From NCBI GenBank assembly GCA_043813585.1, contig JBDRKW010000020.1:129185-193184 (forward strand): a DNA stretch of 64,000 nucleotides, written 5' to 3'. Made by a program: the position numbers and the translations under genes. The notes under the pieces were generated by a model that worked only from the letters and a program-made list of their open reading frames with translations, did no database searches and was not told where the DNA came from. Origin of the DNA: Candidatus Kerfeldbacteria bacterium (GTDB lineage Bacteria; Patescibacteriota; Patescibacteriia; UBA9570; XYC2-FULL-38-9). Below are positions 59,191-64,000 of this stretch, one piece after another (the first letter of the stretch is position 1; every line of letters begins with the position of its first letter).

Positions 59191-60644
59191 TATTGCGGTA
59201 GCTTGCAGTCAATGTCGCCGTACGGTAACGGTCGGTCTTGAGTATACTGAATTCCCAACCTGTTTGCAATTTCTGCCTTCTGCAGTTCTGCGCCCAAATC
59301 AAAAGCATGGATGGGTACGGAAACGCCCATTTCTGAAGCAATCTGCTCGAATAGTCCTATAGCTGTTTTTCCCGAATAGGTCGAAATTTTCCTGCCTTCA
59401 GGCGTCAGGTGGGTTACCTCAATGGTTTTTTCCGGTGTCGTCTTTATAACGTAATTGCCCCGGGGATCCTGTTCGCACGGCAACGCCGGATAATGCTTGC
59501 CGAGTATATCCTGAACCTGCACGTAACTCTCCTGGTAAATGTGCGCAGAGCCGGAAATCGTCGTAAGCGGCCCCATTTCAAGGCCGATCGCATCTGCTAT
59601 CTCTTTTTGCAATGTACGGAATGCAAGCGTATTCTCCGGCCACGCGCGAAACATATCATTAGAACGAAGGTACGCCGTTACATGCAGTTTGTCATATTTT
59701 ACAACCGCCTGCACCAGGTTGAGGCAAGGCGGATGCTCCGACTCGTCATCAGTATCAACATTCCATAACACGCCAACCGCCCTGCGCGACCACGGCTCTT
59801 TTTTCAACTTCTCGATAATGGATGCAATCTGATCTTTCCCACCAAAATCGCGCATCCTCATGCCGTAAGTATAGCTCAGAGTCGGCTCCATTTTTGCCGT
59901 CATCACCTGGGGCAAATAGTTCTCAAAATGCTCTTTTGTAAACGGAAAATAATCCACAAAATTGATGTTGTCCGGACACTCATCAGTAATAACGGCCGCA
60001 ACATTCAATAATTCCCTCTGCGTGCCGCTCGTATAATGAGAAGTTTTCTCTTCGCCAAACCGCATAATTCCATACAGCAGCTTCAACCAGACATCCGCAA
60101 CTTTCTCGCCGCGGTAGGTATACACCGAACCCTCTGACGGATACCATTCCGATTCAATTTTCGGTTCCGGATACAGCGTCGCCTCGGCCCACGGTTCTGC
60201 CGGCCGGCCGGCCTCGTCAATGGCTTTTTGCACTATGTCCGCCTTTAATTCCCCACGCATATCCACAACGTCCACATTCCTACGAAATAATTCTACAGCT
60301 TCACGCGGAATCTCTTTCTCCACCTGCGATTCTTCTTTTCCAATTACCTCATTTTTTTCGTTGATACCATTTTCAATAAGTTTCGATAATGTATCTGCAG
60401 AACCGATTTTATCCTGGCCGCAAAGCACAATAGTCCGAAGAGTAGGGTTTGCAAGAACATTCCGCAGCAATGGATTGATACCATCGTTGGAATACAGCTG
60501 CCCCATAACCTGATACGATTCATCGCGCAATTTGGACGCAAACGCCTCTTTTGGCGTCCATAATGTAGCAACGCCAACACTCGATGAGCGGTTGCCCACA
60601 ATCAGGTTATCTGCGTAATAAATTGGCCATTCATTCAGTGGCAT
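59190..60644 (-). CDS. thyA: Thymidylate synthase (ThyA fold, archaeal-like) fused to N-terminal MtrA-like and C-terminal DUF4346-like domains
   Basis: TS motifs YTYG.R, DQI, SRRA, HPPCL, RSND...AWPEN, SAHIY; N-terminal WP..IVGN..SSV.V.TLWT / GIN.LLRNVLANP.LR.IVLCG; C-terminal DPRGNY...HAFDLG.ELQKAE...YTQD. Confidence 0.8.
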   Translation of the reverse strand: MPLNEWPIYYADNLIVGNRSSSVGVATLWTPKEAFASKLRDESYQVMGQLYSNDGINPLLRNVLANPTLRTIVLCGQDKIGSADTLSKLIENGINEKNEVIGKEESQVEKEIPREAVELFRRNVDVVDMRGELKADIVQKAIDEAGRPAEPWAEATLYPEPKIESEWYPSEGSVYTYRGEKVADVWLKLLYGIMRFGEEKTSHYTSGTQRELLNVAAVITDECPDNINFVDYFPFTKEHFENYLPQVMTAKMEPTLSYTYGMRMRDFGGKDQIASIIEKLKKEPWSRRAVGVLWNVDTDDESEHPPCLNLVQAVVKYDKLHVTAYLRSNDMFRAWPENTLAFRTLQKEIADAIGLEMGPLTTISGSAHIYQESYVQVQDILGKHYPALPCEQDPRGNYVIKTTPEKTIEVTHLTPEGRKISTYSGKTAIGLFEQIASEMGVSVPIHAFDLGAELQKAEIANRLGIQYTQDRPLPYGDIDCKLPQ

Positions 60645-60653
60645 ATCACACAA

Positions 60654-60682
60654 AGGGTACTAAAAAAGGCGCTTTTTTACAA
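60654..60682 (-). promoter_or_regulatory. Putative promoter of thyA-fusion/tmk/dut/gatB
   Basis: Minus strand TTGTAA-N17-TACCCT, overlapped by inverted repeat TAAAAAAG-GCG-CTTTTTTA. Confidence 0.45.
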
Positions 60683-60706
60683 GCTCCGCGGGCTGCACAC
60701 ATTCTG

Positions 60707-61252
60707 CTACGAATTCAGCTTTGTTATCATCTGATGCACCTCATCTTCCAGGTCTTTGATGGTACCGGTATTTTCAATCACAAATGCCGCCTGGCCGCGA
60801 AATGACGACACCTCTGTCTCTGTCGGAGCCTCTTCTTCTTTTGTGAACTCTTCGAATGACAGTTCCGTTTCGCCGACCTTCTCCCCGCGCGTTGTTGCGC
60901 GTCCGTACCGCATCTTCAACGGCGCATCAATGAATACCAGCGTAAACCCGGGAATATCCTTAAATAAGTCGATCTCACTACGCATGCGGATGCCGTCGAT
61001 AACCGCTATTTCATCCTGCGCTGACAACACATCCTTTTTCAATACTTGCGCCAAAATATCATTGCCGAGTGTTTTACGAAGTCCCGTAGCCACAGCAATG
61101 AGGTGCTCTCGCGATTTTTCCAAATGCAGCCGCGTACAAATATCTGCTAAAATATCCGACATTGTATATGCTTTTGCGCCCAACTCTGCCTGCAAAATGG
61201 CTGATGTCGTCCCCTTTCCTCCAAGTTTTGGGCCTGTCAATCCAATAACCAT
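60707..61252 (-). CDS. P-loop nucleotide kinase (CoaE/dNMP-kinase-like)
   Basis: VIGLTG.K.GGKGT, VIDGIR..E, IDAP..RY.R, VIENTGT. Confidence 0.75.
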   Translation of the reverse strand: MVIGLTGPKLGGKGTTSAILQAELGAKAYTMSDILADICTRLHLEKSREHLIAVATGLRKTLGNDILAQVLKKDVLSAQDEIAVIDGIRMRSEIDLFKDIPGFTLVFIDAPLKMRYGRATTRGEKVGETELSFEEFTKEEEAPTETEVSSFRGQAAFVIENTGTIKDLEDEVHQMITKLNS

Positions 61253-61782
61253 TATGCCGTATTTAATTGCACTGCATCTCCATCCCTTTCATCAATATCT
61301 TTTGTAAACATCTCGGAAACATGGCCATTCCACCCCTCGCTCGGTTCATAATGGTCATACTGGACACCGGCATCCTTCAAATATTCGATGACTGTTTTAT
61401 TCCGGTAATTCTTTCCAACGACGATTCTCTCCACCCCGGCAGCCACAACATATTTCGCACAATGAATGCAGGGACTGTACAGCGCATACAGTGTTGTACC
61501 TTTTGTTGAAGTTCCTCCGACGACAGCTGCCTGAAGAAGCGCATTATGCTCTGCATGAATCGTACGGACGCAATGTCCGTCTTCCAACAGGTGCCCTATG
61601 TCATCACAATGTTCGAGAGCCGGCGGGGCGCCGTTATACCCGGTAGACACAATCCGCTTATCTTTTACAAGAACTGCACCTGCAAAAAGGCGGTCGCACG
61701 TCGCGCGTGTAGCCACAATCCTGGCAATTGACATGAAATAATCATCCCAGGACGGCCGAATAGTTTGTGATGTCTTACTCAT
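61252..61782 (-). CDS. dCMP deaminase (ComEB/Dcd-like zinc deaminase)
   Basis: RPSWDDYFM, RATC.R, TGYNG, HAEHN, SPC..C. Confidence 0.9.
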   Translation of the reverse strand: MSKTSQTIRPSWDDYFMSIARIVATRATCDRLFAGAVLVKDKRIVSTGYNGAPPALEHCDDIGHLLEDGHCVRTIHAEHNALLQAAVVGGTSTKGTTLYALYSPCIHCAKYVVAAGVERIVVGKNYRNKTVIEYLKDAGVQYDHYEPSEGWNGHVSEMFTKDIDERDGDAVQLNTA

Positions 61783-61797
61783 AGGAGATAGTATAGC

Positions 61798-61823
61798 AAA
61801 AACGGGGCGTCAATGCCCCGTTT
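61798..61823 (-). terminator. Intrinsic terminator after rplA
   Basis: Minus strand AAACGGGGC-N6-GCCCCGTTTTT. Confidence 0.8.
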
Positions 61824-61825
61824 GA

Positions 61826-62506
61826 TTATTCCACAGTTATTTTTATGCTTGGACCCATGCTCGGGCTCAAGTACACTGCTGTCATAAAGGTTCCTTTTGC
61901 TTCAGACGGACGTACTTTAGCGACCGATTCAAGAACAGTCTGGATATTCTCGGACAATGCGCTATCTTCAAACGAAACGCGCCCTATCAGCATATGTATA
62001 TTCCCGCCGTCATCGCAACGGTATGCGATTTTGCCGCCTTTCAGTTCAGTTACCATTTTTTTCACGTCCGGACCGACTGTTTCGGTTTTTGGATTCGGCA
62101 TTAAACCCTGTTGCCCGAGCGTTTTCGCGATCGGACCGAGTTTCTTCATCATATCAGGCGTTGCAACGGCGACATCAAAATCGCACTTACCTGTTGTTTT
62201 GATCTCTTCAATCACCGCATCACCACCGATAATGTCAGCGCCTGCCTCTTTAGCTTCCGCCTCCTTATCAGGAGAAACAAATGCTGCAACGCGCTTTGTC
62301 TTGCCTGACCCGTGCGGTAATACAACTGTCCCGCGGACAAGCTGCTCTGATTTTGACGGATCAATCCCAAGCCGAATATGCAGTTCAATTCCGGCGTCAA
62401 ATTTTACCGGATTCTCTTTCACTTTCTTGATTCCTTCCTCCAATGAATACTGTGTTGTTGCATCAATACTTCCTGATGCCTCTTTGTAACGTTTTGATCG
62501 TGCCAT
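61826..62506 (-). CDS. rplA: 50S ribosomal protein L1
   Basis: KFD, LGIDP, VRGTVVLPHGSGK, ATPDMM, GLMPNPK, SMGP. Confidence 0.97.
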   Translation of the reverse strand: MARSKRYKEASGSIDATTQYSLEEGIKKVKENPVKFDAGIELHIRLGIDPSKSEQLVRGTVVLPHGSGKTKRVAAFVSPDKEAEAKEAGADIIGGDAVIEEIKTTGKCDFDVAVATPDMMKKLGPIAKTLGQQGLMPNPKTETVGPDVKKMVTELKGGKIAYRCDDGGNIHMLIGRVSFEDSALSENIQTVLESVAKVRPSEAKGTFMTAVYLSPSMGPSIKITVE

Positions 62507-62511
62507 AGTTG

Positions 62512-62546
62512 TGTGTGGTTCAGTCGGGCGTACTCCGCCCTCCCAC
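62512..62546 (-). promoter_or_regulatory. L1 autoregulatory mRNA site (23S rRNA mimic) between rplK and rplA
   Basis: Minus strand GUGGGAG-GGCGGAGUACGCCC-GACUGAACCAC: GUGG/CCAC stem with GGGAG internal loop and distal hairpin. Confidence 0.7.
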
Positions 62547-62555
62547 CCAAATTAC

Positions 62556-62978
62556 TTATTTAACTTCAACGCCCATTTGACGGGCAGTTCCTTCAACGAT
62601 TTTCATCGCCTGCTCGACATCATCCGTGTTGAGGTCAGGCATCTTGATCTCCGCGATTTCGCGGACCTGGTCTTTGGTAATTGAGCCGACCTTTTCAGTC
62701 AGCGGATTTCCTGCGCCTTTCTTGATCTTAGCCGCTTTCTTGATTAATTCGGCGGCCGGCGGCGTCTTCACGACAAAACTAAATGTCCTGTCCTCATACA
62801 CGCTAATGACCACAGGTAGGATATCTCCGCGCTGGTCCTTGGTTTTTTCGTTGAACTGCGTACAGAAATCCTGAATATTCAGTCCGTGCTGTCCGAGTGC
62901 CGGACCAACCGGCGGTGCGGGGTTTGCCGCGCCTGCAGGAATCTGCAGCTTGATCTGTGTTGTTACTGCTTTTGCCAT
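62556..62978 (-). CDS. rplK: 50S ribosomal protein L11
   Basis: [36 protein letters not shown]. Confidence 0.98.
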   Translation of the reverse strand: MAKAVTTQIKLQIPAGAANPAPPVGPALGQHGLNIQDFCTQFNEKTKDQRGDILPVVISVYEDRTFSFVVKTPPAAELIKKAAKIKKGAGNPLTEKVGSITKDQVREIAEIKMPDLNTDDVEQAMKIVEGTARQMGVEVK

Positions 62979-62983
62979 AGGTG

Positions 62984-63529
62984 TTATATCTTTTTAACTT
63001 GCAATGAATCGAGTTCAATCGGCGTCTCGCGGCCGAACATAGACACCATCACCTTGATTTTACCGTGTTCGCTGTCAACTTCGGCCACTTTGCCTTCAAG
63101 CTCCCTAAACGGACCGTCTACGATGCGAACGGTCTCGCCGACCGTAACATCGATGGTATAGGTTGGCTCTTCAATACCCATCCGGCGGTGCAAATTCTTC
63201 ATCTCAGTCTCGTCAATCGGCGTCGGAGTCGTGCCGGTGCCGATAAATCCCGTCACATTCGGCGTATTCCGCACGACATACCACGAATCATCCGTAACGA
63301 TCATGTTCACCAGCACATAGCCGGGGAAGACCTTCTCCTCCACGACTTTGCGCTTGCCGTTCTTAATCTTGATCTTTTTCTCTTTCGGCACCATAACCTC
63401 AAAAATCTTGTCTTCCATGCCCAGCGATTCAATGCGCTGGCGGAGGTTATGGGCCACATTTTCTTCATAGCCGGAATAGGTATGGATCACATACCATCGC
63501 TTTCCATGTTGTGCTGTTTGCTTCGGCAT
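62984..63529 (-). CDS. nusG: Transcription termination/antitermination factor NusG
   Basis: [41 protein letters not shown]. Confidence 0.98.
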   Translation of the reverse strand: MPKQTAQHGKRWYVIHTYSGYEENVAHNLRQRIESLGMEDKIFEVMVPKEKKIKIKNGKRKVVEEKVFPGYVLVNMIVTDDSWYVVRNTPNVTGFIGTGTTPTPIDETEMKNLHRRMGIEEPTYTIDVTVGETVRIVDGPFRELEGKVAEVDSEHGKIKVMVSMFGRETPIELDSLQVKKI

Positions 63530-63532
63530 AAT

Positions 63533-63736
63533 CTAAATAATAACTTCTAATATCTTATTGAGTGCAAAGTCGAGTGCCCCGAGAAACACCGCAAATGCCA
63601 GGCTGAACCAGATGACAACCCATGACTTTTTCCATGTTTCCTTGCGTGTCGGCCACGTGACCTTTTTCAATTCCGCATACGCCCCTTTGAGGTACGTTGT
63701 CAGCGGATTTCCTTTGTTTTCTTGTGTTTGTTGCAT
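63533..63736 (-). CDS. secE: Preprotein translocase subunit SecE
   Basis: ELKKVTWPT motif plus one TM; upstream of nusG. Confidence 0.95.
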   Translation of the reverse strand: MQQTQENKGNPLTTYLKGAYAELKKVTWPTRKETWKKSWVVIWFSLAFAVFLGALDFALNKILEVII

Positions 63737-63780
63737 ATATTGATGGATTTTAAAACACCCGTTGCGGGCGCTCTAAAACA

Positions 63781-63809
63781 ACTATACTTGATCCCGATTA
63801 TATTGTCAA
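63781..63809 (-). promoter_or_regulatory. Sigma70 promoter of secE-nusG-rplK-rplA
   Basis: Minus strand TTGACA-N17-TATAGT. Confidence 0.75.
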
Positions 63810-63819
63810 CAATTTATAC

Positions 63820-64000
63820 ACGGCAGGCGTTGCAGCGTTAAACGAGTTTTGGTACGTTTAAATCCGGTCGTGGAGCCAGGAACGTTTCACCACGCCCGGG
63901 GTCCGAAGGGCCTTGTGAAGAGACCGGTTGACGGTGATCCAGCGTCAGTGGAGACCTTCCCTCATAGGGGGCATGTCAGCCAGGCGCGAAGCAACACCGA
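63820..64000 (+). ncRNA. Structured ncRNA, probably large-type SRP RNA (partial, runs off the window)
   Basis: No ORF; several stems (TTAAACG/CGTTTAA, CCGGTC/GACCGG, GTGG/CCAC, TGACG/CGTCA, CTTCCCT/AGGGGG); GCCAGG...AGCAAC helix-8-like motif; divergent from secE. Confidence 0.55.

Noticed and set aside
58142-61782. Phage-type DNA base-modification cluster (TS homologue, kinase, deaminase, dUTPase)
   Set aside because: The TS keeps Asn at the dUMP-specificity position, sits with ordinary tmk between gatB and rplA, and has no glycosyltransferase, polymerase or phage genes nearby; host dTTP synthesis is simpler, though a dUMP hydroxymethylase cannot be strictly excluded.
63737-64000. tRNA-Trp (often upstream of secE), tmRNA or RNase P RNA
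   Set aside because: No GTTCRA T-arm/cloverleaf, no tmRNA tRNA-like ends and no GAGGAAAGTCC on either strand within the window.
1-64000. CRISPR arrays, IS elements, introns/inteins, TGA recoding
   Set aside because: Intergenic gaps are too short and show no spaced direct repeats; no transposase or integrase ORFs; core genes are of normal length; TGA ends rseP, rodA, carA and dut-adjacent tmk at expected positions.

Overview
Gene-dense, mostly housekeeping chromosomal segment using the standard genetic code (TGA acts as a stop). Gene content, very short intergenic spacers and several lineage-typical hypothetical families suggest a Patescibacteria/CPR bacterium, probably ABY1 class; this is inference, not a database result. 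From left to right: beta-propeller lipoprotein-frr-rseP; mreBCD-mrdA; greA-lysS-serS; a reverse-strand hydrolase/membrane Mur-ligase/DegT/FemABX envelope operon; ftsQ-like; M23 peptidase, gltX, WecB/TagA; a repeat-bearing secreted protein; degenerate LigB-like and PriA genes; def-fmt; GT2, permease, tandem DUF3048, rplY, rodA; dnaE, baseplate-J-like, thrS, miaB; a complete de novo pyrimidine cluster (carAB-pyrBIC-argF-pyrDKE-X-pyrF) with a candidate leader-peptide attenuator; gatB; a dTTP-supply cluster centred on an MtrA-like/ThyA/DUF4346 triple-domain protein; secE-nusG-rplK-rplA; and a structured ncRNA, probably a divergent SRP RNA, cut by the right edge. No CRISPR array, tRNA, rRNA or transposase was seen. 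Best candidates for undescribed biology are the thymidylate synthase fusion and its cluster, the FemABX/DegT/Mur-ligase operon, the carA leader with a divergent 28-aa micropeptide, and the SRP-like RNA with a truncated helix 8. All family calls come from motif recognition by eye.
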